From Candidatus Latescibacterota bacterium (lineage in GTDB: Bacteria > JAAXHH01), in assembly GCA_022821085.1 (NCBI GenBank), contig JAJEEG010000007.1, forward strand, positions 22,916 through 86,915: a stretch of DNA of 64,000 nt. Reading direction: 5' to 3'. Under the pieces are notes generated by a model, which made no database searches, had not been told where the DNA came from, and saw only the letters and a list, made by a program, of their open reading frames with translations. Positions 32,201 through 41,755 of this stretch are shown in pieces. The stretch's first letter is position 1, and every line of letters starts with the position of its first letter. The position numbers were made by a program, and so were the translations under genes.

Positions 32201-35200
32201 GTGGCGCTGTACAACGCCACCGACGGCCCGAACTGGACGAACAATACGAACTGGCTGACCGATAAGCCGATCGGAGAGTGGTACGGAGTAGACACCAATG
32301 CAACGGGTCGGGTGACCCGTTTGGACTTGAGGAACAACGCACTGTCGGGTTCGATCTCTTCCGAACTGGGTCAATTGAATCAACTGAGTAGGCTGTGGCT
32401 TGGAGACAACATGCTATCGGGCTCGATCCCACCAGAATTGGGCAATCTGAGCAACCTTCATGGCCTGTATCTTTATAATAACATGATAACCGGTTCTATT
32501 CCGTCCGAACTGGGCCAGTTGAAGAACCTGCTTGACCTGTGGTTATGGTCCAATCGATTAACTGGCTCTATTCCGTCTGAACTGGGTCAGTTAAACAGAC
32601 TGGTAAAACTGATTCTCAGCTACAACAGACTTGCAGGTAGGATTCCGTCCGGACTGGGTAACCTGACGAACCTGGAATGGCTCGAACTCGAGGACAATCA
32701 GTTGTCCGGCAATATCCCCTCATCGCTGGGCAACCTGAGCAATCTGGAGCGCATGGAGCTCAACGACAATACCGCTCTTTCTGGAATCCTGCCCGGCACA
32801 CTCTCTGGTCTCGGCAATCTGAACAAACTGAATCTTCAAGGGACGGGTCTGTGCGCGCCGACTGACACTGCATTTCAAGCATGGCTAAGTGGAATTTCTG
32901 ATAAACAGGGCGTAGTGAACTGTACCTCGCCGCCCCCACCGCCGGGCGACCCGGACCGTGACGTCCTGGTGGCGCTGTACAACGCTACGGACGGCCCGAA
33001 CTGGACGAGAAACAACAACTGGCTGAGTGACAGACCGATAGGAGAGTGGTATGGCGTGTCCACTAACGCGGATGGGCGGGTGGATAGTCTGAGTCTTTTC
33101 CTAAACGGGTTGTCAGGAGGCATCCCTCCAGCACTGGGCAACTTGAGCAATCTGACGTACTTGCAGCTCCAAGTCAACGCGTTGACCGGCAGAATCCCTT
33201 CGTCACTGGGTAACCTGAGCAATCTCGACAGGCTGATTCTCAACGACAATCAGTTGTCCGGCAGTATCCCTTCATCACTGGGCAACCTGAGCAATCTACA
33301 AGAGTTGAGTCTCAACAACAACTCGTTGTCCGGCAACCTTCCTGCGACGTTGGGCAACCTGAGCAATCTGAACTGGCTTATTCTCAACGAGAACGCGTTG
33401 TCTGGCAGTATTCCTTCGTCCCTGGGCAACCTGAGCAATCTGCGAGAACTGCGGCTTAACGACAATCAGATGTCCGGCAGCCTTCCTACAACCCTGGGCA
33501 ACCTGAGTAATCTGCGAGAATTGTGGCTTTACAATAACACCGCTCTTTCTGGTTCCCTGCCCGGTACACTTGCCGGTCTCGGTCGCCTCAACGAACTGCG
33601 GCTTCAAGGCACCGGTCTGTGCGCGCCGACTGACACTGCATTTCAAGCGTGGCTCAGCGGGATTCCGGTGAAATCGGGGGTTGTTGACTGTACTGTCATT
33701 TCAGGATCGGACGACCGCGACGTCTTGGTAGCACTGTACAACGCCACAGATGGCCCGAACTGGGTGAGAAACGACAACTGGCTAAGTGACAGACCGATCG
33801 GAGAGTGGTTTGGCGTGTCCACCAACGCTGCAGGTAGGGTGACGCGTCTCAGGTTATACACAATATCCGACGATGATACATACACCACCAACGGTTTGAC
33901 TGGCAGCATCCCACCGGTGCTGGGTAATCTGAGCTATCTGCAAGATCTGCGGCTTCACACCAACAAGTTGTCAGGCAGTATCCCGCCGGAGTTGGGCAAC
34001 CTGCACAATCTGACTCGGCTCGATCTTGGAGACAATCAGTTGTCAGGCAGTATACCGCCGGAGTTGGGCAACCTGAGCAGCCTGACATATCTTGGGCTTT
34101 ACTTCAATCAGTTGTCAGGCAGTATACCTTCGCAACTGGGTAACCTGACCAGCCTGACTGATCTTTCCCTTCGCGCCAACACTGGACTGTCAGGTCCTCT
34201 GCCCGACACTTTCACAGATCTTGAGAATCTCAACAACCTGGCTGTGGATGGCACGGGGTTGTGCGCGCCTACAGACACCGCATTTCAGTCGTGGCTCGGG
34301 AGGATCCAGGGAAGAGTGGTAGGCGTCAGTAACTGCGATTCGTCGCCCCCGGACGACCCGGACCGCGATGTCCTGGTGGCGCTTTACAATGCCACCGACG
34401 GCCCGAACTGGGCGAACAATACGAACTGGCTGAGTGATTCGCCAATCGGAGAGTGGAACGGCGTGACCACCGACGACACCGGACGGGTGACACATCTCTG
34501 GTTATCTGGGGAGATTGACGACGCTGGTACAGTAGTCAGTCGAGGTGGGTTATCTGGCAGAATTCCATCGTCCCTGGGTGATCTGACTAAGCTTCAATAC
34601 CTGGGCCTTCCTGGCAACGCATTATCGGGAAACATTCCATCGGCCCTGGGCAACCTGGAAAATTTACGTAGTCTGCAACTTTGGGACAACCAGTTGTCGG
34701 GCGCGATCCCGTCCGGCCTAGGCAACCTGAACAATCTTGTTTGGTTGCAACTCAGCGACAACAGTTTATCTGGTCCAATCCCGCCCGCCCTGGGCAACCT
34801 GAGCAACCTGACGAACTTGCAGCTTCAAGACAACGCGTTGACAGGCAACATTCCATCGGCCCTGGGCAATCTGACTAACCTGCGTACTATGGGTCTTTAC
34901 CGTAACCAGTTGTCAGGTACAGTTTCGTCGGAACTGGGCAACCTGAGCAATCTGCAAAGTCTGTGGTTGCACCAGAATGCTGCCTTGTCCGGTCCCCTGC
35001 CCGACTCATTCACTGATCTCGATGAACTTCGAAGCCTGAATCTGGATGGCACAGATTTGTGTGCGCCTTCAAATGATGTTTTCCAAACCTGGCTACAGGG
35101 GATCGGAAACAAGAGTGGCGTTGTGGACTGCGAACCAGACCCACCTGGTCCGCCTGGCCTCCGTGGCATGCCTGGCCCTCGTGGCCTGCCAGGCCCGCCA

Positions 35201-35986
35201 GGTCTTCAGGGCCCACCCGGTCCTCAGGGCCCTGAAGGCCCGCCAGGTGAACCTGGCCCACCTGGTCCGCCTGGCTATCGTGGCGATACTGGCCCACCTG
35301 GTCCTCAGGGCCCACCTGGTCCTCAGGGCCCAGCAGGCCCGCCAGGCTCGTCTAGTCGGGTGGTAGTACCAGAGATTTCTTCGGACGCCGCGTTCCAGGA
35401 TTGGCTCGAAGCGCTTTTCAAGGAGCGAGGCATCGTGACTTGCGGCGAGCCTGGTCCTCCTGGGCCACAAGGTCCGCGCGGGCCTCGTGGCCTACCTGGC
35501 CCTCGTGGCCCTCGCGGCCCGGCTGGTCCGAGGGGGGCAGCGGGTTCAAAGGGTGAGCCTGGTCCGCATGGTCGTCAGGGCCCAGATGGTCCTGATGGCC
35601 CTGAAGGCCCGCCTGGGTCTGAAGGCCCTCAAGGCCCTCCAGGTCCTCCAGGACCGTCAGCAAGGGTGATAGCATCAGAGGAAGGATGGGCATCGGACGC
35701 CGCGTTACAGGCGTGGCTTGAGGCGTTTTTCCAGGACAGTGGCGTCGTGAACTGCGGTGAACCTGGCCCGCAAGGTCCTCCGGGCCCTCCAGGTCCTCCT
35801 GGTCCTCAGGGTGTACCCGGTCCTCCTGGTCCTCCTGGTCCGGCTGGGCCTCAAGGTCCTCCTGGTGAACCTGGCCCGGAGGGTCCGGCTGGGCCTCAAG
35901 GTCCTCCTGGTGAACCTGGTCCACAGGGTCCGCAGGGTGAACCCGGACCACCAGGCCCTCCTGGACCACCTGGTGATTCTGGATAA
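29222..35986 (+). CDS. giant surface lipoprotein: Big_2 domain, eight plant-type LRR modules and three C-terminal collagen-like tracts
   Basis: 2254 aa. The signal and lipobox read ...[11 protein letters not shown]. The Big_2 segment is [25 protein letters not shown]...[21 protein letters not shown]. There are eight modules. Each has an N-cap ([31 protein letters not shown]), 24-residue LRRs (L..L.L..N.LSG.IP..LGNLSNL) and, except module 2, a C-cap ([26 protein letters not shown]). G-X-Y tracts lie from about 35141 to the end. Confidence 0.9.
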   Translation: MVSFFQKHSSRGIFRRIAASLPKPGADALTDRWHAVLLVFLSLSLFFPLVFACGRDNPTQSRSATAFRIVVTPETADLSSTGETLRLSARVLDKSDREVPASPVSWRSSDDQVVSVSADGLVTAVGEGSAIVIAMAGQKTAQARVTVSDPVRRTLTALYKTTGGENWKNSVNWLSDEPVHQWYGVSTVSSSSTPEVRARASVAGVALNLPDNGLTGPIPPELGEMVFLRVLDLSDNGHTGTIPPELGNLVRLEVLDLSNNALTGSVPSELGDLPVLKSLLLHGNTGMFGPLPDSFVRLTGLETLELTGTGLCAPSDAGFQRWLAGIATRRGVQTCGSGTDQDRQTLIALYEATDGPNWSNNANWLSQAPLDRWYGVSATSSGRVRNLHLANNGLSGPIPTALGNLTALVSLDLSDNRLTGVIPPALFTLANLQTLDLSGNLFNQSESDDRDALVALYNATDGPNWVYSTNWLSQAPLGDWYGVTTDDTGRVTHLQLYTVNGEERVDDVAGKTSNGLSGNLPPELGNLGSLQRLSLNYNSLTGPIPPELGNLSNLRRLDLDVNQLSGNIPSELSRLSNLESLDLRRNQLTGPVPSWLGNLSNLKNWLDLGYNQLTGPIPSELGRLSNLTFLALRGNQLSGNIPPELGRMRDLESLYLQNNMLSGALPSSLSSLTNLQFLWLGNTQLCAPTDAVFQAWLAGIPYTSGVVNCGLVGPEPGNDRAALVALYNATDGPNWVYSTNWLSNAPLGDWYGVTTDDTGRVTHLQLYTVNGEERVDDVAGKASNGLSGNLPPELGNLGSLQRLSLNYNALTGPIPPELGNLANLRRLDLDVNQLSGNIPSELSRLSNLESLDLSRNQLTGPVPSWLGNLSNLTNWLVLADNKLTGPIPSELGNLSKLLSLNVAGNQLSGALPSSLGNLTYLRWLRLSNNELTGALPPSLSNLTNLQYLYLDNTQLCAPTDTVFQAWLGGIPNKSSVVNCGLVGPEPSNDRAALVALYNATDGPNWTNNTNWLTDKPIGEWYGVDTNATGRVTRLDLRNNALSGSISSELGQLNQLSRLWLGDNMLSGSIPPELGNLSNLHGLYLYNNMITGSIPSELGQLKNLLDLWLWSNRLTGSIPSELGQLNRLVKLILSYNRLAGRIPSGLGNLTNLEWLELEDNQLSGNIPSSLGNLSNLERMELNDNTALSGILPGTLSGLGNLNKLNLQGTGLCAPTDTAFQAWLSGISDKQGVVNCTSPPPPPGDPDRDVLVALYNATDGPNWTRNNNWLSDRPIGEWYGVSTNADGRVDSLSLFLNGLSGGIPPALGNLSNLTYLQLQVNALTGRIPSSLGNLSNLDRLILNDNQLSGSIPSSLGNLSNLQELSLNNNSLSGNLPATLGNLSNLNWLILNENALSGSIPSSLGNLSNLRELRLNDNQMSGSLPTTLGNLSNLRELWLYNNTALSGSLPGTLAGLGRLNELRLQGTGLCAPTDTAFQAWLSGIPVKSGVVDCTVISGSDDRDVLVALYNATDGPNWVRNDNWLSDRPIGEWFGVSTNAAGRVTRLRLYTISDDDTYTTNGLTGSIPPVLGNLSYLQDLRLHTNKLSGSIPPELGNLHNLTRLDLGDNQLSGSIPPELGNLSSLTYLGLYFNQLSGSIPSQLGNLTSLTDLSLRANTGLSGPLPDTFTDLENLNNLAVDGTGLCAPTDTAFQSWLGRIQGRVVGVSNCDSSPPDDPDRDVLVALYNATDGPNWANNTNWLSDSPIGEWNGVTTDDTGRVTHLWLSGEIDDAGTVVSRGGLSGRIPSSLGDLTKLQYLGLPGNALSGNIPSALGNLENLRSLQLWDNQLSGAIPSGLGNLNNLVWLQLSDNSLSGPIPPALGNLSNLTNLQLQDNALTGNIPSALGNLTNLRTMGLYRNQLSGTVSSELGNLSNLQSLWLHQNAALSGPLPDSFTDLDELRSLNLDGTDLCAPSNDVFQTWLQGIGNKSGVVDCEPDPPGPPGLRGMPGPRGLPGPPGLQGPPGPQGPEGPPGEPGPPGPPGYRGDTGPPGPQGPPGPQGPAGPPGSSSRVVVPEISSDAAFQDWLEALFKERGIVTCGEPGPPGPQGPRGPRGLPGPRGPRGPAGPRGAAGSKGEPGPHGRQGPDGPDGPEGPPGSEGPQGPPGPPGPSARVIASEEGWASDAALQAWLEAFFQDSGVVNCGEPGPQGPPGPPGPPGPQGVPGPPGPPGPAGPQGPPGEPGPEGPAGPQGPPGEPGPQGPQGEPGPPGPPGPPGDSG
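30565..32190. repeat. two tandem 810-nt LRR modules (modules 3 and 4), nearly identical over their first ~530 nt
   Basis: By eye, 30565-31090 versus 31375-31900 align with only scattered substitutions. Both encode [87 protein letters not shown]. Confidence 0.8.
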
Positions 35987-36081
35987 TAGGGGTTGCCAAA
36001 CGAAAATCATGCAGGACGAACTGATCAAAATGGCACTGTCTGCTGCCACCGGAGCCAGAACATTAAACAAGGAGTGAAGTA

Positions 36082-36693
36082 TTGAACCTCAAGACACTGC
36101 CGTATGCTGCCGTTTGCTGTCTTACACTGCTCGTTGTGTTCGCCGCGTGCGGTTCGGATGGCAAGCCCGTAACGACTGCGCCAACCGAGCCTGAGTCGCC
36201 TACACAGCCTGCTCCCCCAACGCCGGAACCTCCCCCGGATACCCCTTTCTCAGATTTGGAGCAGCGCATCGTGGCAGGCATCAACGCGCAGAGGATGCTA
36301 GGTGGCACGTGTGGCGGGGATGCCTTCGATCCTACGACCCCGGTTGCCTGGAACAATGATCTGGCCGAAGCCGCGAGGGTGCACATGGAGGACAATCTGG
36401 CGAACGACCTGTCCGCCGACCCCCATACCGGGTCGAACGGTTCGAGCGTCGGGGACCGGGTGACGGCCGCAAGCCCGGCCACGGCATGGCTCGTCGTAGG
36501 CGAGAATCTAGCCTACAACCGGGGGTCGCCGCGTAACGATATACCGGAGATCTGGGCAAAGGGATGGCACGAGTCGCCGGTCCACTGCCGGAACCAGCTC
36601 AATCCCGTGTTCAACCGGGTCGGGGTAAGTGTCGGCGTGAGGAATGCGCTGTTCGTTGGTGTAGTCGTCTTCGGCCAGAAAGCGGGTTCATAA
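36082..36693 (+). CDS. CAP/SCP/PR-1-like (YkwD-type) domain lipoprotein
   Basis: 203 aa with a TTG start. The lipobox reads LLVVFAACGS and is followed by a Pro/Thr-rich linker. IVAGINAQRM...VAWNNDLAEAARVHMEDN...GENLAY...WHESPVHCRNQLNPVFNRVGVSV fits the CAP domain. Confidence 0.7.
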   Translation: MNLKTLPYAAVCCLTLLVVFAACGSDGKPVTTAPTEPESPTQPAPPTPEPPPDTPFSDLEQRIVAGINAQRMLGGTCGGDAFDPTTPVAWNNDLAEAARVHMEDNLANDLSADPHTGSNGSSVGDRVTAASPATAWLVVGENLAYNRGSPRNDIPEIWAKGWHESPVHCRNQLNPVFNRVGVSVGVRNALFVGVVVFGQKAGS

Positions 36694-36710
36694 TCCGTCG
36701 GCTCATTCCC

Positions 36711-36740
36711 TTGACCCTCCCCGAGCCGCGCGCGTATAAT
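36711..36740 (+). promoter_or_regulatory. sigma70-like promoter (TTGACC-18 nt-TATAAT)
   Basis: TTGACC at 36711-36716 and TATAAT at 36735-36740. Downstream, the 5' region carries four tandem ccatcgRtW units (36796-36830) before the 36841 start. Confidence 0.45.
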
Positions 36741-36840
36741 CCGGGATGACGAGACGACCGGTCTTCCGGTCCGCCTATGGAACAGAACCTGACCATCGGA
36801 TCCATCGATTCCATCGGTACCATCGGTTCGCACACGCCTG

Positions 36841-37569
36841 TTGATCATCCCGGAGTCCGCCATTCCCTCGCGTACCCTGTTCATCGGCGACATTCACGGC
36901 TGTGCCCGTGAATTCGAACAACTGCTTTCCAAACTGGAGTTCCAGCACGACACGGATCTCCTGTACCTGACAGGCGACGCTTTCAGCCGGGGCCCCGACC
37001 CCGCAGGCGTATGGAAGCTGATCCGGGATACGGACGCGAGGATGATCCTCGGCAACCACGACTACCGCCTGGCGGACCGGCTTCGACAGCTCCTTTCCGG
37101 TGCCGCGGTACCCACCCGAAGCCCCGGTACCCTTCAGACCCTGGAAGCCCTCGCACCGTGCGCCGACGCCCTGATCCCCTGGCTGGAGTCGCTTCCCCTC
37201 TGGATCGACGAGCCCGATTTCCTCCTGGTCCACGCGGGCATCAACCCCAAAAAAGGCTTTCACGACACGACCGCGGAAGAGTTCCTCGTCATCCGTACCT
37301 GGCCGCCCGTCGAAGGCATCGTGGGACCCCGATGGCACGACGCGTACGATCCATCCGGCAAGCTGATCATATTCGGCCACGACGCTCCCGGCGGCCTCGT
37401 CATCAAGCGCCGGGACGACGGCTCCCCCTACGTGATCGGCCTGGACTCGGGATGTATCTATGGCGGGCAGCTGAGCGGGTACGTGCTGGAGGAAGACCGG
37501 TTGGTGCAGGTTGAATCCAGCCACCCCCGGAGCACACGACCGGATGCAGGACCCTCAACGCTGTCTTGA
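36841..37569 (+). CDS. metallophosphoesterase (ApaH/PrpE-like Ser/Thr phosphatase or diadenosine tetraphosphatase family)
   Basis: 242 aa. It has the motifs LFIGDIHGC, LTGDAFSRGPD, GNHD, VHAG and GHD. Confidence 0.8.
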   Translation: MIIPESAIPSRTLFIGDIHGCAREFEQLLSKLEFQHDTDLLYLTGDAFSRGPDPAGVWKLIRDTDARMILGNHDYRLADRLRQLLSGAAVPTRSPGTLQTLEALAPCADALIPWLESLPLWIDEPDFLLVHAGINPKKGFHDTTAEEFLVIRTWPPVEGIVGPRWHDAYDPSGKLIIFGHDAPGGLVIKRRDDGSPYVIGLDSGCIYGGQLSGYVLEEDRLVQVESSHPRSTRPDAGPSTLS

Positions 37570-37724
37570 TCCGTGCCCGGATGACGCACGCCCCCCTATT
37601 TGCCTTCGAAAGTTTTTATTCTACGAGATTAAGTGAAAGTCCCCTGACTAACCTTATATAGCCACCTTGTTCGGGAATATGCACCAGGTTCGGGGAGGAA
37701 ATATTAAGGAGATAGGCTGAGATC

Positions 37725-37877
37725 ATGTCGACCGAATGCACAAACCACGAAGGACGGATCGGACGCCTGGAAGTCAACAATGATCAGATAGGCAAGCGCC
37801 TGTCCCGGATAGAGACGGTAGTCATCGGCCAGTTGGTCATGACCGTCGCAATCCTCATAAAATCGTTTATCTCGTAA
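37725..37877 (+). CDS. small XhlA-like protein (coiled-coil followed by a C-terminal TM helix)
   Basis: My own translation gives MSTECTNHEGRIGRLEVNNDQIGKRLSRIETVVIGQLVMTVAILIKSFIS (50 aa, below the ORF-track cutoff). It lies in an AT-richer pocket. The AAGGAG SD is rather distant. Confidence 0.4.
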   Translation: MSTECTNHEGRIGRLEVNNDQIGKRLSRIETVVIGQLVMTVAILIKSFIS

Positions 37878-37923
37878 TCCAATACTAAGGTACACACCAA
37901 AAGAACTGAAAAGGGGAATTCAA

Positions 37924-38139
37924 ATGGAATCGATACCTTCGTGGTTGCCAGCGGTTGCTGCCATACTATTGATCGCTGTTATCGGGGCTGTAGGAAAACT
38001 GTGCCTTTGGATGGGGAAGAGAGAGGCAATAGAAAGTGGAATCTTAACGACGCTTGAAGACATCAAGGAAGATATCCGTACGATCCGGATTGCGATTTCG
38101 GACCTAGTAACCGGCAACGATTCCAACCCCGGTCAATGA
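37924..38139 (+). CDS. small membrane protein (N-terminal TM helix plus amphipathic helix)
   Basis: 71 aa: MESIPSWLPAVAAILLIAVIGAVGKLCLWMGKREAIESGILTTLEDIKEDIRTIRIAISDLV. An AGGGGA SD lies 8 nt upstream. Confidence 0.45.
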   Translation: MESIPSWLPAVAAILLIAVIGAVGKLCLWMGKREAIESGILTTLEDIKEDIRTIRIAISDLVTGNDSNPGQ

Positions 38140-38196
38140 GATTCAGGAACCACTGGCACCGCGGAAATATGGCGTAATGTTTTGGGAGGGAATGAA

Positions 38197-38481
38197 ATGT
38201 CCGAGTCAGGTTGGTGGCAGCGCCACGGCGCGGTCTTCACATCGATAATCACCCTTATTTCAATACTGACGTATTTGCACGTTTCATTAGGTGCCATAAG
38301 GGATGAATTGAGAAGTGAAACGGGTAGCTTGAGAACCGAAATGGGTAGCTTGAGAACCGAAATCAAAGCGGAAATCAAAGATCTGCGGGCATCGCTGGAC
38401 CGGGTGGAGACAAAGGTAGATGAGGTCAGGGGATACTTGAGATTCAACACATCCGCACCACTGGACGGACCACCCCCATAG
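38197..38481 (+). CDS. small membrane protein (N-terminal TM helix plus coiled-coil)
   Basis: ORF 38182..38481. A GGGAGGG SD precedes ATG 38197. The TM helix is AVFTSIITLISILTYLHVSLGAI. The heptad region contains an in-frame 21-nt duplication (gggtagcttgagaaccgaaat x2, giving GSLRTEM/GSLRTEI). Confidence 0.45.
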   Translation: MSESGWWQRHGAVFTSIITLISILTYLHVSLGAIRDELRSETGSLRTEMGSLRTEIKAEIKDLRASLDRVETKVDEVRGYLRFNTSAPLDGPPP

Positions 38482-38544
38482 GAGCAGATACAGACCATGC
38501 CGGCCGAAGCTACAGCCTGCCGGCATCGTTCAAGCGTTCAGGCA

Positions 38545-39639
38545 TCAGACGTGCCAGATGTACAGATCCCGGTTTGACAGCGGGAGATCTACCCATGCGC
38601 CTCCGCGCCGGTGGCTTTCGGCGACGGCGATGCAGGCTTCCGTGATGTGGTGTGCGATCTCGACGTGTCCCAGGCTTTGATCGCCTGATTCGTACGCGCG
38701 GACGAGGTCTTCCATGCAGGAAACTACAGTGCTCTTCGGCGTAACGAATTCGAACGGCGTCTCCTCCCAGGCGCTTCGTCCTTTGCGATCGTCCCGCCCA
38801 TCGATCGGCGCCCGCCGCAACGACGCGCCGGCCCCGTTGTTCAGTGACCGGATGGCGCCTTCGGTCCCGATGATCTCGTACTCCCATCCCGCCGCGGGGA
38901 TCGACCATGCGCGGACACCGTTCTCGAATTCGAGTTCGTACGTCGCGATCGGATCGTAGGGGATGTGGTCGCCTTCGATGACGTAGTCCCGGGGGTCGAT
39001 CTCGCCGCGCACGGAACGGATGACTGGATCGCCGATCAGCCAGGAGAGCGTGTCGATGGAATGGATGTGACCGTGCATCAGGGATGACCGCGCGTAGTGG
39101 ATGGCCGCGCTGGGTTCGCCCACGTCGCCCCGCAGGACCGCGTCCCGCACCACGCCGTACCGGTCGTCGAACCTGCGCAGCACGCCCGTGTTGAACACCG
39201 TTCCGTTCTTCAGGACGGCGTCGTGGATGTCGTCGGCCGCTGCCATGGAACTGGCCATGGCCTTCTCCACGTAAAGCATGGGCACGCCCATTTCCGCCAG
39301 CGCGACGGCCAGCTCGGCATGGGAATCGCCGCGGAATGACGCGTCCGGCGCCTCACGGGCTGGTTTCTGCAGTCCCGATGCGGTGGTGCATACGGCAACC
39401 ATATCGGGGCGCTCCTTCTGCACCATGTCCCGGAAATCCTCGTACAGCGCGTGGACGCCCCAGCGCCTGGCAAAGTCCTCCCTGCGTTCGGAGCGCAGGT
39501 CGCAGCCGGCGGCGATCTCCAGCCGTTCGCTCGCTTGGCAGGCCGCCGCGACAGAATAGGGCAGAGGCGTATGTCCCTCGTCGTCGATCGTACTGCCCAT
39601 GCGCCCCAGGCCGATGATCCCTACGCGATAGGTTTTCAT
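38545..39639 (-). CDS. Gfo/Idh/MocA family oxidoreductase
   Basis: 364 aa. The N-terminus is MKTYRVGIIGLGRMGS and the EKA motif is YVEKAMASSMAAADDI. Confidence 0.85.
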   Translation of the reverse strand: MKTYRVGIIGLGRMGSTIDDEGHTPLPYSVAAACQASERLEIAAGCDLRSERREDFARRWGVHALYEDFRDMVQKERPDMVAVCTTASGLQKPAREAPDASFRGDSHAELAVALAEMGVPMLYVEKAMASSMAAADDIHDAVLKNGTVFNTGVLRRFDDRYGVVRDAVLRGDVGEPSAAIHYARSSLMHGHIHSIDTLSWLIGDPVIRSVRGEIDPRDYVIEGDHIPYDPIATYELEFENGVRAWSIPAAGWEYEIIGTEGAIRSLNNGAGASLRRAPIDGRDDRKGRSAWEETPFEFVTPKSTVVSCMEDLVRAYESGDQSLGHVEIAHHITEACIAVAESHRRGGAWVDLPLSNRDLYIWHV

Positions 39640-39691
39640 GGTTTCCGTCGGGCATTCTGGCGTTCGAAACCCGCTCGTTTCCTCCTGACTG

Positions 39692-40072
39692 TCAGCACTT
39701 CATCTTATCGGCATGACTGTGTGGTTGAGAAATGACGAGGAATACGAGATCTTCCTCTCCAGGGTTTTCCAACCGGTGTGGTGTTTTGGGGGGCACATGA
39801 ATGGCGCTACCTTCCGGCACCCTGTACGTCTCCTCCCCGAGTTGAACAGAGGCAACTCCTTGCAACACATAGAATAACTGCTGCGCTTCGCTGTGATAGT
39901 GCATCTCTTCCACGCCTCCTTTTGGAACCCTTTCTTTAATTACGCTCAGGGAAGCCGTATTCAAAAGGTGCCATCCATCACAGTGCTTGCCCCATTTATA
40001 ATGTGCCGCATTACCTGGATTGATAACCATAATGGTCCTGAAAGAATACCTATTGCGATACGATAGGTTCAA
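39692..40072 (-). CDS. cupin domain protein
   Basis: 126 aa. The cupin motifs are MHYHSEAQQLFYVLQG and GSAIHVPPKTPHRLEN. An internal ATG at 40030 is an alternative start. Confidence 0.75.
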   Translation of the reverse strand: MNLSYRNRYSFRTIMVINPGNAAHYKWGKHCDGWHLLNTASLSVIKERVPKGGVEEMHYHSEAQQLFYVLQGVASVQLGEETYRVPEGSAIHVPPKTPHRLENPGEEDLVFLVISQPHSHADKMKC

Positions 40073-40347
40073 GCAGCCTGCGCCATCGCCGGACGTCTTT
40101 CAGTCAAACCCGCCAGACGCTCTTGATTGAAGATAGAACGGGACCGGAGACAGGGCAAAAACAATCTCCTCCCTTCCGGACCATCATGGCGCCGGCGAGG
40201 GCCGTCGAAAGCGCCGGCGAAGCGCCGTTGAAGCGTCTGCGAATTGTATTGACAGGCCGGTGGTGTCGGTTTAGCATGGCCTTACCTCATTCCCCCCTTT
40301 AAAACGCGTGTCACTATCAAAGCTTAAGCAACCTCAGGAGACGGATC

Positions 40348-41733
40348 ATGGCGTCGCTACCCACCACGAACAAGGGCTGGCTCGAACTCGGCAACCAGTA
40401 CCTCTTGAGACATCCGATGCGGACCGCGCCGCTGGTTCCCGAACGCGGTGACGGGCTCTACATGTGGGACGTGGAAGGCCGGCGTTTCATCGATTTCCAA
40501 TCGGGTCAATTGTGCGTAACCCTGGGCCATTCCCACCCGGAATACGTGAAGGCCCTCTGCGACCAGGCCCATAAGATCATCCAGGTGGGAACGACCTTCA
40601 TCGCGCCGTCGGAGGTGCTGCTGGCCAAGAAGATGGCCGAAATCGCGCCGGACCCGCTGCAGAAGTCCTTCTTTGCCTGTACGGGATCCGAATCCAACGA
40701 GATGGCCCTGCGCCTCGTGCGGAAGTACACGGACCGCTTCGAGGTGATCGCCCTCATGCGCGGCTACCACGGCCAGTCCTACGGCAGCGCGTCCATCACC
40801 GGCCGGGGCGGCATGCTTCGGGAAGGTTACGGCCCCATGCCCACGGGCGCCTCGTTCATCCCGACGCCCTACGAATACCGCTGCCAGTTCTGCCGGGACG
40901 AAGCCTGCTGCAACCTGGGATGCGCGGACGCGGCGGAGAACGTGATCGACTCGTCCACCTCCGGACGGCCCGCGGCCTTCTTCTTCGAACCGCTCATGAG
41001 CGCGGCGGGGCAGATCGTGCCCTCCAAGGAGTGGATCCAGCGGATCGTGGAAATCTGCCGCGAACGGGACATCCTGACCGTCGCGGACGAGGCCCTGACG
41101 TGCTTCGGCCGGACGGGCAAGTGGTTCGCCTTCGAGCACTTCGATTTCGTGCCCGACATCGTGACCTGCTCAAAGGGACTGGGAGGCGCCGTGCCCCTAT
41201 GCGCGGTCATGACCAGCGCGGAGATCGCGGACGCCGCGGTGGCCAAGGGATTCATGCCCTTCTCGTCCCACGCCGGGGACCCGCTCCTCTGCGAGACCGG
41301 ACTGGCCAATATCGAAATCGTCGATCGCGAGAACCTGGTGGAAAACGCCCGGGTCGTGGGCAACTACTTCATGGACCGGCTCAAGGTCATGGAGGAAACC
41401 TACGAGATCGTGGGCGAGGCACGCGGCCTGGGCCTTTGCCTGGGGCTCGAACTGGTGACGGACAAGCAGAGCCGGGAGCCCAATTTCGAAGGCGCCGCCA
41501 TGGTGACGGAGTACTGCTACGAGAACGGGCTGTGGCTGCCCATCGTGCCCCGGATGCTCAACAAGGATCCGCTCAGCCTGCGTTTCATGGAGCTGTCGGG
41601 TTCCCAGGTCCTGCGGTTCATGCCGCCGATCACCATCACCGAAGCCCAGATCGACGAATCCCTCGAGATCATCGAGGCCGGTGTGCGCATCGCCGAAGAA
41701 AGAACGGCGCGCGTGGCGCCGGCGGCGGTGTAG
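40348..41733 (+). CDS. class-III (omega) aminotransferase, PLP-dependent
   Basis: 461 aa. GSESNEMALRLVRKY, FFFEPLMSAAGQIVPSKEW, ADEALTCFGRTGKWFAFEH and the CSKGLGG context (PLP lysine) are typical of the family. Confidence 0.85.
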   Translation: MASLPTTNKGWLELGNQYLLRHPMRTAPLVPERGDGLYMWDVEGRRFIDFQSGQLCVTLGHSHPEYVKALCDQAHKIIQVGTTFIAPSEVLLAKKMAEIAPDPLQKSFFACTGSESNEMALRLVRKYTDRFEVIALMRGYHGQSYGSASITGRGGMLREGYGPMPTGASFIPTPYEYRCQFCRDEACCNLGCADAAENVIDSSTSGRPAAFFFEPLMSAAGQIVPSKEWIQRIVEICRERDILTVADEALTCFGRTGKWFAFEHFDFVPDIVTCSKGLGGAVPLCAVMTSAEIADAAVAKGFMPFSSHAGDPLLCETGLANIEIVDRENLVENARVVGNYFMDRLKVMEETYEIVGEARGLGLCLGLELVTDKQSREPNFEGAAMVTEYCYENGLWLPIVPRMLNKDPLSLRFMELSGSQVLRFMPPITITEAQIDESLEIIEAGVRIAEERTARVAPAAV

Positions 41734-41755
41734 GCGTCGCTGCAGCCGACTGCCC

